Origin: the human T2T-CHM13v2.0 reference genome, Homo sapiens | NCBI RefSeq assembly: GCF_009914755.1 | Contig: NC_060929.1 | DNA: 64,000 bases | Direction: 5' to 3' (one strand) | Made by a program: the position numbers and the translations under genes | Notes under the pieces: generated by a model | The model's input: the letters and a program-made list of their open reading frames with translations, nothing else | What the model was told of the DNA's origin: nothing | Databases searched by the model: none | Shown: positions 46,690 to 58,683 of the stretch, in pieces | How positions within the stretch are numbered: position 1 is the first letter of the stretch | Layout: the number at the start of each line of letters is the position of its first letter

Positions 46690-47290
46690 AAATGGAACTG
46701 GAAATATCAACATAAATTTGTGATTTAAAAAAATATATTTTTCTAGCTCTGTACAATTAAAATATCCTAAAAGCAATGTCTAGTAGCAAGGAGTACCTCT
46801 AGCACCAGCACCCAGATTTTCACCTCTAATGCCATTCCCCAGTTATAAAAAAAATCAGGTCTTCTTCTTGGAGAAAGGCTAATTCTGTGCCTGGGTCAGC
46901 AAAGATATAAGGTCAGTCTAGGACAATTTGCACCAAAAGCAAGCAAACTTTCCAAGATTAACAGGATTGTGTGAAAAAGATACAGAGGCTACCTTGAAGG
47001 GACTTCCACTGGCCAAGATTATAATGCTTTAGGCAATAAAAGAACAATGGTTACAGTTAATTGAAAATCTATGAATACCCATAAGTCCATATTGGTATCT
47101 TTTGAGAACCAGTCTTTGAGAAAGGAAAAACAAGAGCAAACAACAGAAACCTCATTTGTCAACATCATTTGAAATAGCCATTCAACCTACATCTTACTTT
47201 AAAAACATGTAAAGGGGGAAAAAATAAACATTTATTCTGCCTTTTCAGTAGAGATTAGGTTTCAAAGTAATTAAATAGCCCCCGTGATAA
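46690..47290 (+). mobile_element. L1MC-like 3'UTR fragment
   Basis: tttctagctctg...agcacccagattt...ttcttggagaaaggctaattc...cttgaagggacttccactggccaaga resembles the recalled L1MC4 3'UTR. Confidence 0.45.
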
Positions 47291-47869
47291 ATATATTTGA
47301 GCAGAGATCTGAAGGAAGTGAAGGAGCAAGTCATCCTTGCACCTAAAGGAAAAGCTTTCCAAGTCAAAGAAGCAATAAATGTAAAGTTTCTGAGGCAGGA
47401 GCACATTTGGAGATCAGTAAGGTTATGGAGAAGAAGAATAAAGAGGAGTTCAATGGGGATATGGGGGAAATGCCTAGGAGCACTGTCTAGGGTTCATAAA
47501 TGATCTGTCTAAATCATCTGGAAATGAAGGCCTTTTTTTCCCCCCTCCAGTAATGTATGTAATTACCTCCTATATTCCCCTCAATCACCTTCACCTTTTT
47601 AGTCTAAAGGTGACAAACATATGTGGATAATACACCTTTATATGGTGCCTACCACAGATACTATTAATTGATTATAGCTTTAGAATCCTTTTCTGCTCCC
47701 ATTAGATCAAGTTTACCTATTTGTCATTCCTGTCCTATAATCTTAAGAGGTATACACATGTAATCTTTGTCCTGACTGATCCAGAAAGTCTGTGTTGTAT
47801 GAAAAACACTACATGACTTTGTGGCCTCATTGGTTCCCTAAACCTATCAGCAGCATTTCACTTCCACTT

Positions 47870-48120
47870 AGTGCAGTTTCCCCAGAAACAAAGCCTAAAA
47901 GGAGGGCTTAGGTCAAATGTAAGCTGTTGATTGGAGTGTGTGATTCAGGGGAAAATATTGAGAAATGGAGGAGAGAAGAAAGAAAGGGAACCAATACAAA
48001 GGTGCATTACTGAGCTGGCCACCTTCACTGTGACTGCTCGCTCAACTGCACAGAAAACCTCAAATTTTTTTTCAGAAAGAAAGAGGAAGCATTTATCCAT
48101 AGGCTCCCATTATTGATAAT
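47870..48120. mobile_element. ERVL LTR fragment (LTR33/LTR16-like)
   Basis: ttccccagaaacaaagcct...ggagtgtgattcagggg...aaccaatacaaaggtgcattactgagc; degenerate match. Confidence 0.4.
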
Positions 48121-48638
48121 ATCAAGTCAGTTCTGTAGAATGACTCACCTTCTGGATTTGTCTGTTTGCTTCTCTATTGGGTACATCCTGAATTTCCTAT
48201 AAATGGGAAGTAAGAGCTAACATCTTATTAGATTCCATTTACATATTTGTGGCTAAAATTCATCAGAGGTAAGGTATTTCTTTGCATTCCATCACATCAG
48301 GTTGCAGCTATAGCTGGTTGTTCCAACACAGCAATATGAAGATTGACCACTGGATTTGCATGCTGACCCTTCCACTACGTTGTTATGATTTCCCCCTTGA
48401 AACAATAGTCATCTGATTTATTTGGAACCATATAAATGTCAGTTCCCCAGCAAACATTTTCCTAATGGTTTTCATATCACTTGGTACTCAATTACACTCT
48501 ATAAATACTATACATACTTAATAAATATTGTTTAATGTATGACTAAATGTCAGCGATCGCTGGGGATGGATTTCTCATCTTCCACTCTGTTTACCCTCAC
48601 TCCAGGCATTGGATCCTAGGTGGCCTTCTGGAGACTGA

Positions 48639-49002
<364 letters not shown>

Positions 49003-49339
49003 AGACCTCTTTCATCCTGTTGTCATGTAAGTTTTATATCTTGAGTGCTGCTGTCCCTTAAAGTTAGTGCTTAGGAAGTGCAAGAAGGAACATGTGTTAT
49101 CTCGGGTATTAGTGAAACAACCACCTATTCTTGTTTATTTGTTTGATCAATTCATTTCAAAGTGCCTTGTATTCTTGGTTGTAATTGGTCATATCTAGGT
49201 AAAGCTGGCTGTTTCCAGAGTCAGCAAGGAAGGCTGAGCTGTGTTACCCACAAAACATTTCTTGATAAAGGTGACCCTGGCAATTTAGGGCGTTCAAAAT
49301 TTCTTAACTCCCACAGGCTCATTGAATCCAAGTCTCAAA

Positions 49340-50030
49340 CAGACCTGTCCTTCCTCCATTATTACCTATGTCAGAAAACTATACTACCATCCATTCATTT
49401 ATTCATACCAGAAACCCAAGAGTCATTTTTGTTTCCTCCTTTTCCCTTATAGCCCACATTCAATCAATCAACAGAATCTATCAATTCTACCTGATAATTA
49501 TATCTTGAAGGTAACCCTTTTACCACCTTTAATGCCTTCCCATTTATTTCCACAGTTCAAGTGGGGAGAGAGTTTCTAAGTGAAAAGGGACCTATGCCAC
49601 CTTCTACTTACAATATTCCCATGGATTTCCTCTGGAATACCAGTAAGCCCAAGATTTTACAAGAGCTTATATAATCTAGACCATCCACTTATTCATTTTC
49701 CTCAATTTCCACTCTCCTTCTCAAACTCTGTGCTTTGGTCATTACTAAACTACTTTTGGTTCCTCATATGATTCCTTTCTTGCCTCCTGGGCTTTGCAAA
49801 TACTCTTCCATCTCTCCACAAGCACTGCCTTCTCCTGGCTAACCCCTCCTCAACCAAAAATTACAGCTAAAGGTCACTTCATCAAGAAGGCTTTCCTTGA
49901 CCCTCTTCCTCATAATGTATTGAATAGTACTTACTTATTTAATATCTGCCTTCTCTTTCATCCTAAAATCTCCAAGAAAGCCACAACTAGATTAGTCTTG
50001 TTTGCTTCTCTATCTTCATCAGAGAATTTA
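49340..50030. mobile_element. L2 LINE fragment
   Basis: ccagaaacccaagagtcattttt...cccacattcaatcaatcaaca...aaggtcacttcatcaagaaggctttccttgacc. Confidence 0.6.
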
Positions 50031-51864
50031 GAAAATGTAATTGATTTTTTATGCTTGCATGTTTTATGTTCTTCAGCTTTAGTTTTTATGAATAACAGTA
50101 GAAAAAAACATTATCTTTAAAAGTATCTTAGGTTGCTTAGAATATGGGAGTAATTACAGATCTGTTTCTTTTTCTCATTAATCCTTGGGAAGCCTAAATT
50201 ACAATCACTTCCTAGAAGCTAGGCGGTAAAGTACTTCTGACTCAGCCTTGCCCTATTGTTTTTTGGAGGGATCTAGGAAGTGGTGATAATAACACTTACC
50301 TGGCAGAGCAGTTAAAAAAAATAGAGATGACGTATTTCATATGTCTAGCATGGAATGGGCACTAAAACATGGTAGCTATTATTAAAGAATAAAATAATAG
50401 ATATATGCATGGATTTCAGAGTGCCTGTGACCTCCTTAAAATGAATGCAACATTTTGTGTGGCTGTGTATGTGTTTGTGTCTGTCTGCTATTCTGGGGAG
50501 ATGGTCCATATCTTTCAATAGCTTCTCAAGGGGACTGGGAACAAGAAAAAGTTAAGAATACTGCCTAATGGTTTTATTCAGGAAATCTGGTGCTCTGGCA
50601 AAAATGAAAATGTTGACAGTGTGATTGTTGTGTCATCTGGCTGGCCAAAGCAATGTTTTCTGCTAAAGCAAAAATTAGAAGTATTGGGGCCAAAATGATC
50701 TCAACTAAATGGTTCTTCTACACTATGTTTCCATCTGCCCAGCATGTGAGCCATTAACACATGTTTCCTGTTGACGATTTTCATATCTTTATTTGCAAGG
50801 AAACTGCACTGAGACCAGTTCAAGAGAATCATTTATTTAATGTATTGAAAAACCAAATAAATGAACTTCCTGTATATATACTCATGATTTTATATTGCTA
50901 AAAAGTGACTATTTATGGGACATTAAGCACACATTGACCAAGACTGCCTTTAAGTAATTCATCTAGTAGTTCTCATTATACATGTGTGTGTATATATATG
51001 TTTAGTCCAAAAAATAGCAAGTCTCACCATGTGTTGAAATAATTTATTTCAACACTTAATGCATCACCTGTCCCGTATTTCCACATGTTGTGTCATCACC
51101 ATTTGACCTCAACCCATTGTTAAATATTTAATAGTACTGTTGGATAAACGATACAAAGTATTGTTTACTTTTGAATGTGGCATTTACATGAAAAACCAAA
51201 TAAGCCAATACATGCTACAAAAGGTACAAGTTTAGGGTATAGCACTAGCCCTTCTGGTGGATGCAAAACGAGATATAAGGGGAAAGTAAACTACAGAGAG
51301 GATGAATGGGTCAGGGAGAGCAATAACAACAGAAAAGATGCCATAACTCTCCAATAAAGAATAAAGGCAGAAAGTAACTGCCACCCAAATGTTGGCATAA
51401 TGGAAACTGCATGTTTCCATCTCTCAGAACTTAAACACAATAATGGATAGTTTTGAGGAGGAGTCTATTTGCATGAACATGATGAAATAATACTCAACAA
51501 AACACTAACTAATAGAGAATTATTCTTAACACTCACTGAGTGTAAATCTCATGGTGATGAAGATTATTCATTTAAAGGAGTGACTATGGTCTAAAAGAAA
51601 CACCAAAAGAGTGCATGCCAGAGATTTTGATGAGTCAGCACACCACTCCTGGTAAGTGTGCTCAATACACTCTTTTTGACTGACCATAGACAATCAGCTT
51701 GGGGAAGTCTGAAAACAAGTATCAGCCTACACCAGGAAATCTTTATAACCTATTGAGGTCCTTTGAGACACAGAGCTTAAAATGACATATAATATCCTAC
51801 TTCAGCATGTTTTTCAATGACAGCCAAAATAAAAAAACACACACACACACTACAGTTGAGAGAA

Positions 51865-52260
51865 GCTAAAGAAGAGTTATGTAAATACAAAGACATACCA
51901 TGTTATTGGTTTTGAAGACTCAATATTGTTAAAATGTCGTTCTCACCAAATTGATCTACCCTAATCATAATCCCATCGAGCTTTTTTTGCAAAATCAACA
52001 AACAGATTCTAAAAGTTATATAAAAATACAAGTAGGATATTCAAAGTGATCTTGAAAAAAAAGAAAAAGTTGTAGGAATTACACTACCTGTCTTCATGAC
52101 TTACTATAAAGTCACATTAATCATGATAGTGTGGTACCAGCATAGAATCAACAAATAGATCAACGGAACATAAGAGAGAGCCCAGAAATAGATACACACT
52201 TACGAAGCTCTTTGATTTTTTACAAAGGTGCAAAGGAAAAGTGCAAAATTGATTTGGAAT
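51865..52260 (+). mobile_element. Degenerate L1 ORF2 fragment
   Basis: aaagacataccatg...gaagactcaatattgttaaaatgtc...gacttactataaag...gtgtggtacc...aaatagatcaacggaaca...gcccagaaataga; no intact reading frame. Confidence 0.8.
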
Positions 52261-52284
52261 GAATTCCCCGTTGAGGAACAATGA

Positions 52285-52445
52285 CTGTCTTAGCTCATGC
52301 TGCTGCTATAACAAAATATCTTAGATTTGATAATTTTATAAACAACAGAAATATATTGCTCATGATTCTGGAGGCTAGGAAGTCCAAGATCAAGGTGCCA
52401 GCAGATTCAGTGTATGGTAAGACTCACTCTCTGCTTCCAAGACTA
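52285..52445 (-). mobile_element. MaLR LTR fragment (MST/MLT1-type)
   Basis: tgtcttagctcatgctgctgctataacaaaatatcttaga...ttctggaggctaggaagtccaagatcaaggtgccagcagattcagtgt. Confidence 0.75.
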
Positions 52446-52529
52446 ACTGAAAATTCTACAAGATGATGAAATAGGATATTCAAAATCATGTTCTACTAAC
52501 TTGTAAAATTTGAATTTACTGTAAACATA

Positions 52530-53018
52530 ATTGAGGATAGCAAAGATCACCTGGTGACTATCAAGCAGGCCATCCAGAGACAAAATTCCTTATCTGAGGG
52601 ATTCAGAAGTAATTCGACTTTCCCATTATCTAAACCAGGCATATGGTTCCAGGTTTCCCTCCCAAAAATTTGTTAAGTAACTTGTATGCATATTGAAACT
52701 CATTGTGCAACCCTTGCTGACATTAAGGCACCAAGGTATCTACAAACGTTATTGTTTAACATGACCTACATGGCTAATGTGGTCCAAATTACTCTTAAGC
52801 TCCTGCTTTAAGGTCCATAAATACCCCTAAGGAAAAATCTACCAAAACACTCTGGGTCCTCTCTTGCTGAGAGGCTCTGCTGCACTTCTTCTGCAGCATT
52901 CTTTCTTTCTAATAAAACTATCCTTTTTCAAACCTACACTGTCATCAGTAAATTCTTCTTACCAACCCACAGGTTGACCACTTTTCAATGCCAGGCCTCT
53001 GACATCTCGCCTGGCAAC
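52530..53018 (+). mobile_element. ERV1-class solo LTR (MER67-like)
   Basis: tgaggatagcaaagatcacctggtgac..., TATA-like ccataaatacccc, AATAAA near 52911, ends cctggca. Family assignment is tentative. Confidence 0.55.
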
Positions 53019-53824
53019 AGTATCTCACTTCTTAATTTACCATTCAGCATCAGAAATGAGACAGGATTCATGTCAAATTAAAAAGTGGGGTGACAATATG
53101 ATGGATGATCAAACAGCAATTGTATCAACTACTGATGGTAATATTAAATAGGCAAATACCTAGAGAAGAACTAGTTATTAAGTGTGCAAACCACTGCTAC
53201 TCTATGGAAAGCTAAAATAAGGGACCAGAAAATAAAACATACCAAAGTAACTACAGCATGCTACTCACCTTCAGCCAATGAATAATCCAGGAAGGTGGCT
53301 CTTACTTTGATTGACACGTTGTTTCCAACATAAAGTAGGGGAAACTGAACAGCAAATCCTAGTTTGCCCTCCTCACACCTTCTATGCAGTTGAAAGTGTA
53401 AATGGAATCAGGGTTAAAAGTGCTAAAGGTCACACACAGATATTTTCAGTCATATCCAAATATATGAATCATTTATATTGTCAAAGCGACCTAAAATACT
53501 TTAGAATTTTCTATTAATCCAATGTAACATCCCCATTCTAAGGCATAATTTGAATTATTTACTAAGATTTATTTTAACTACTTAATTATGTTGAACTTGA
53601 ATATATTAATATGGCTAGTTTAAGTGACTATGTGACAACTAGCTTAGCTGACTTCTGGAAACCCAAAAATATTTCTAAAATTAAAGGGGAAAGCAAGGCA
53701 ATAAAAATGTTACACAGAAACAAGTAGTATCAAAAAGGAAGAGCTATCCATGATTGATCAGCTCTGTATAACACCAAAGCAACACTGAAAAGAGAAAAGT
53801 TCAAGTAATCCATTGTTTTCTCAG

Positions 53825-53825
<1 letters not shown>

Positions 53826-53865
<40 letters not shown>
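53826..53865. repeat. Perfect (TA)20 microsatellite
   Basis: Counted directly from the sequence. Confidence 0.95.
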
Positions 53866-53868
<3 letters not shown>

Positions 53869-56800
53869 CATAAAACATATTTTTCTAATGATTTTTTAAA
53901 ACCTTAATTGACCGGTAGTTTGGATATCTTGGGTAAACATTGCTTCTACGTACTCACATTTCTTAACTTTTTAGTTCTGTAATGATTCAACCAATACAGA
54001 ACTACTGCCCCCATCCCCCTACTCAAATCCTTATGCTAGCCTATGAAGTTGCATAATGCCAAAGACTATGACACATTAAGTAACTGTTTTGTACCTAGAA
54101 TAAAATCTGATTTTAAAATCATTTTAGCCTATTTTTCAAATGCTTAACTTTTGTTGTTTAATCAAGATTGATTATTTGCACTTGAAAATGTATTCATTTT
54201 GCAAAACACCTAACTTCAAAAAAAGCTTGACATTTAATCTTAAGGCAAAAAAAAAAAAAAAGCTACTCAGTTCATGACTTTCAAATAGTCTCTACATAAC
54301 CTCACCCCACTCCCTCCATATTCTCTTTTTAGGTACTGAAATTTAACCAGGTCAGTTCTGGTCTCAAATAACAATGTCATATGAGTTTAAATAGCTATCT
54401 AGGGAGTTAGATTGAATCATTTGCTAAACTCTAATATTTTAAATTTATAAACTTCAGAAGGAAGACAGCTTTTGAAGCTGACAAAAGACCAATCAGAAAA
54501 CAGTAGTCTTTTTGTGTGCTGCCCAGAAATTCAGCTACAAAGTGGTCCTATTGTGTTTCTCATAATTTACATTTTTATTTGGCAGAGCAGAAAGGAAAAA
54601 TAAGAAGTCAAACTTGGAGGCATACAACAAAAATGAAAGGCGACATTTTTATTTTAAAAATGTCCCCTTGACATTTAGATATCTACAAACCCAATATTTA
54701 ACATTTACAGGCGATATAACAGTAAAAGAAATAGCAGCTGTTTTTCTGTGATGTCACTGAACAGGTGTGGTACCATTTCATACCACAGAAATGGGATGGA
54801 TCTCTTGCTGATGCCCACAGAAAGCCTATAAGGAACCAGTATTGACCTGTGTCTCATTTCCTCAGTTATGATCTGAAAATAACCCTAGATGGCAAGAGTC
54901 ATGGTGACTGATCTGTGCTGATTTGGAGCAGACATTCTCCCAAACAGATCAATACTATCCAAGGTGCAGCTGAAAAACAGGATGAGCTTGTATCACTAAA
55001 CAAACACCAAGCTGCTTATTCAAAAGGGCAAAAGCAACACAGCACTTATGTTTTCCACAGTGTGTTTGCCAGTGACCTCAACCCTGACCTGCAGGGTCAC
55101 CTTCTCTGGGACGAGAAGTAATCCTGTGTTGGGTCACCCTCTGGTACTGAGGGACTCCTATTTGTGGTGCCATTTTTTACAATGAGAGCTACTGTGTCTG
55201 CTTTGGCTTAGCCAAGACAATTACATGATGCCAAAACAACTAGTCAAGGCAGTCAATTTAGTCAAATGACTGGTCTGAGCATTTGGCATTACATAGACAA
55301 AAAATGAAATAGAAATGAAATTTTTACTTTTACCCAATCATACTGGAATTGTGAGGATACAACTTAAATTAATTTAGAAAGTTTTTGTGACATCAGTTGT
55401 TTCTATATACATAAACTAAAATAAGTATCTGGACAAACTAAATAGTTTTGCTCAAACATGGAAAATTTTTTGACTAGCCCCTCCAAATTGCTTCTATTCT
55501 AATCTTCATTTAGCTACACAGACCTTCCCCCAAAAAGGTAATCTTTGTGTATACTTGTATGACCCTTTTACATCAACATGTTATATGTACATATAGGAAT
55601 GAACAAAATTAAAATCTAATAAGAACATACAAGTTATATCACTATTCTCCTTGCTATACGGTTATAAAATATGATGAGATTATGAACTTTAAAACAATCT
55701 TCCCAAAGATATTGAGAAAATAAATATGGATTAAAACGTGATTCTATATTTCTCCAGGCAAGATGACTTCATATACAACTAGGCATATAAGTAAAATTTA
55801 AATATTTTGTATAGTCCTAGGGTGGAAAGTCTAAGAAAAAGACCCCAGTTTCCAGAGGCTACTGGCCAATTCAGGACCAATAAATATATTTAAACTGGAG
55901 ACAAATATAAAATCATGTAATTATGTATGATCATTGATAGCATTGCTGTAAGATCCAGTTACTTACCATCTGAGATCTTTTATGCATTTGGAATGTTTAT
56001 TTTTCAACCTTGGATATACGGTTTGATACCTCTACCTTAAAAAGAAGCTGTGTCTCTTGCTGCCATTAAAAGACAGGGTAGGGGGAAAAGTCAAGTAACA
56101 ATACTTGTTAGCTTCTCTTTCCTTTAACTTATCCCTGGGCAGGGGTGGGGGAACCTTTAAGCAGAGAAAACAAACTTTCCCTCCAGCACATCATTGTATA
56201 AGGACTATACCATTTCTCTGAATAAAGAAGAAATAAATTCAGCTTTGGAACTCTGCCATTGAGTGGCGGCTCCTGCAAAGGGGACAGTTTGCTATTAATT
56301 GTTAATGTCGTCTGCCATTAGAGGGCACTAAACAACTCTACATTAATGAGTTGGAGGGAAGAGAGAAAAGGAGACTGGAAAAGAAAGAGAGGGAGAAAAG
56401 GGAGGGAGAGTACGGGTAGAGTCTGGGTAGAGGGAGGGAAGGAGAGAAGAGGGGAAGGAGTAGGGGAAAGAGAGCAGAGGGAATGAGTTGGAGGACTGGA
56501 GGGAAAGGGAGAAGGGGAGAGAGACAGCGAGACAGAAACAGACAGAATGATTCTGGAAAGATTAAGAAGGATGTGGAGCCCCCACAGCCGTCTGAAGTGA
56601 GCAAAATCCAGTCTCCCCCGGGCCGCCCGAGCCCCTCCCCTCCCGTCCTCATGACGGTAATTATAAAGCGAAAAGCGGCGGCGAGGTCACCCGCTTTTAC
56701 CAGCCTGCTGCACCGAATGCGCGCGGTGCAGGTGCGGCGGCCGCGGGGCTTTGTGATTCATGCCCACTTTCAAAGGGGGGCTTGGGCCCGTCTGAGAGGC

Positions 56801-57993
56801 ACCCAAACAACTGTCTTCTAATATTAGCACGGCTGTATTTCGGGATCTATTATAGTCTGTCCAGACAGATCCCATTGTAATGGGATCTTTTATTAAAAGA
56901 TTAGCACTATCTCCTGCAGTTGGTGGAAAAAAATCTGTTATCACTGAGTTATTTGCAGTTGTGGAGGGGGGAAGGTTGACGGAAGATGGGGGGTGGGAGG
57001 GCTAGAGGAGGACTGGGGGAGGGTCTGGCGGGGGGAGGGCAGTTGCAGGGGGGGAAGAAGGGCAGATTTGAAATTCGTAGAACAAATCCCAGTGACCTGC
57101 GAATGTCCAAGAATTTTGTCTGCATACTTCGCTATCTGTTGTCCTTCGGGCTTCAGATGCGAAAAGAACAAATTTAAAAGGCAGCTTTGGAATAAACAAT
57201 ATAGCATTTTCCGTGAAGTAATCGTTTTATATAAAAGGAAATATCGCCTCCTCAGTTTCATTCAGCGGTGCCAAAAATGTTATAAATGAGAGACCCGCCA
57301 ACTTTCAGCGAAGAATGCCAGGCACTGTACTTAATAAACTGAGGCTACAGAAGTTCATTATGGATGTTGCAATCTTTTTTATTCCGCGAAAAGAGAGAAG
57401 ACGAGACAGAAAGAGAGAGAGATTGGAGCCGAGGAGACTGAGAGACAGACAGAGGCACACAGGACAGAAACTGGGGAGTCTCCAGGCGGGAGAGGAAGGG
57501 GGGGCCAGACCGCCTACGTCGGCGCCCCCGCTCCGGGCTCCGACTCCAGACGCCGCGAAGTGAAAGGGGAGAAAAGAAAGGGAGAGGGCGAGGCTGTGCC
57601 GCGGGGAGACCGGGCCTGAGGTGTTAAACATTTTTGTTTGCTTCCGACTAGTCCAGACGAAGGGCCGCGTCTCGGTAGCGCTCTGCCAGGGTGGAAGGTG
57701 CCGGGGCCGGGGTTCCTAGCAACACCTCTGGGCTGGGGGTGGCTGCAAAGTCAGGCACTCACAGACCCAGACACAAAACCTCGCGGGTCCCGCGCCCAGG
57801 CTGCGGGTGCCCGGAACCGCCGCGAGGCCGGCGCGCTCCGACCCGACCCGGGGCGGGATATTTGGGCAGCCCGGGGCTCTTCGGCCGTTTGCAAAAGTCT
57901 CTTTGGAGCGGAGGAGAGGCAGCACGGAGACAAACTCCCGGGTTCCCCCCGCCACCGCCTCCAGCGCCCCCACCGCGCCCTCCCTCTCACACT

Positions 57994-58037
57994 CGCGCGC
58001 GCGCGCACACACACTCACACACACACTCACACACACA
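57994..58037. repeat. (CG)6 followed by interrupted (CA)n in the promoter
   Basis: cgcgcgcgcgcg-cacacacact-cacacacacact-cacacacaca, read directly. Confidence 0.9.
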
Positions 58038-58229
58038 CCCGCCACCCCGGGCGCGCCGGCGCTGCCGGCGAGCGGCGGCGAGCAGGACTTGAAGTGGGTG
58101 TTCTTCCCCACTCCCCACCCCCGACGCGTAGCCCCCAACCCCCGCCCCGGTCGCCTTCCCCCTCCCTCTCGCTCCTACGCAAATAAGAACTCGACGATTC
58201 CCTTCCAGCCGTTTTGATTTCGGGCACCT

Positions 58230-58445
58230 CCGAAAGATAATTGGGAAGGGTTTCCAGAAGGTGGGAAATGTCACCTGATTCACACTGAACTTTTGAAAGC
58301 TCCCCACCCCCAAGGAGCCGCGCACACCCTCGCTCGCGGCCGCCCTCCCACAGCCCCACACACTGGGAGACCGCCCACCGCAAACCGCGGAGACCCCCGT
58401 CTAGATTTAAAGCGCGGCTGCGCCCGGCTTCTGACGTCCATTGAA
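58230..58445 (+). promoter_or_regulatory. FST core/proximal promoter motifs
   Basis: AGATAA 58235-58240, TGGGAA x2 (58242, 58262), AP-1-like TGATTCA 58276-58282, TATA-like GATTTAAA 58404-58411, CRE-like TGACGTCC 58432-58439. A TSS near 58435-58440 is inferred from TATA spacing. Confidence 0.6.
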
Positions 58446-58598
58446 TCGCGCGGGCGGCCGGCGGCGAGCGCGGGGCTGCGCCGGGATCGCTGCGCCCTCC
58501 GCCGCTGGCCTCTGCGACGCGCGCCGCTCGCCCGAGCCACCCGCCGCCGCGCCGGCTCCCCGCGCCGCTGCGCTCCTCGCCCCGCGCCTGCCCCCAGG

Positions 58599-58683
58599 AT
58601 GGTCCGCGCGAGGCACCAGCCGGGTGGGCTTTGCCTCCTGCTGCTGCTGCTCTGCCAGTTCATGGAGGACCGCAGTGCCCAGG
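58599..58683 (+). CDS. FST: FST coding exon 1, signal peptide
   Basis: cccaggATGG start context, a hydrophobic LCLLLLLLC core, and donor G|gtaagc at 58684. Confidence 0.98.

Noticed and set aside
58210-58219. Possible TCF/LEF site CGTTTTGATT in the proximal promoter
   Set aside because: Does not match the CTTTGWW core, so it cannot be supported from sequence alone.
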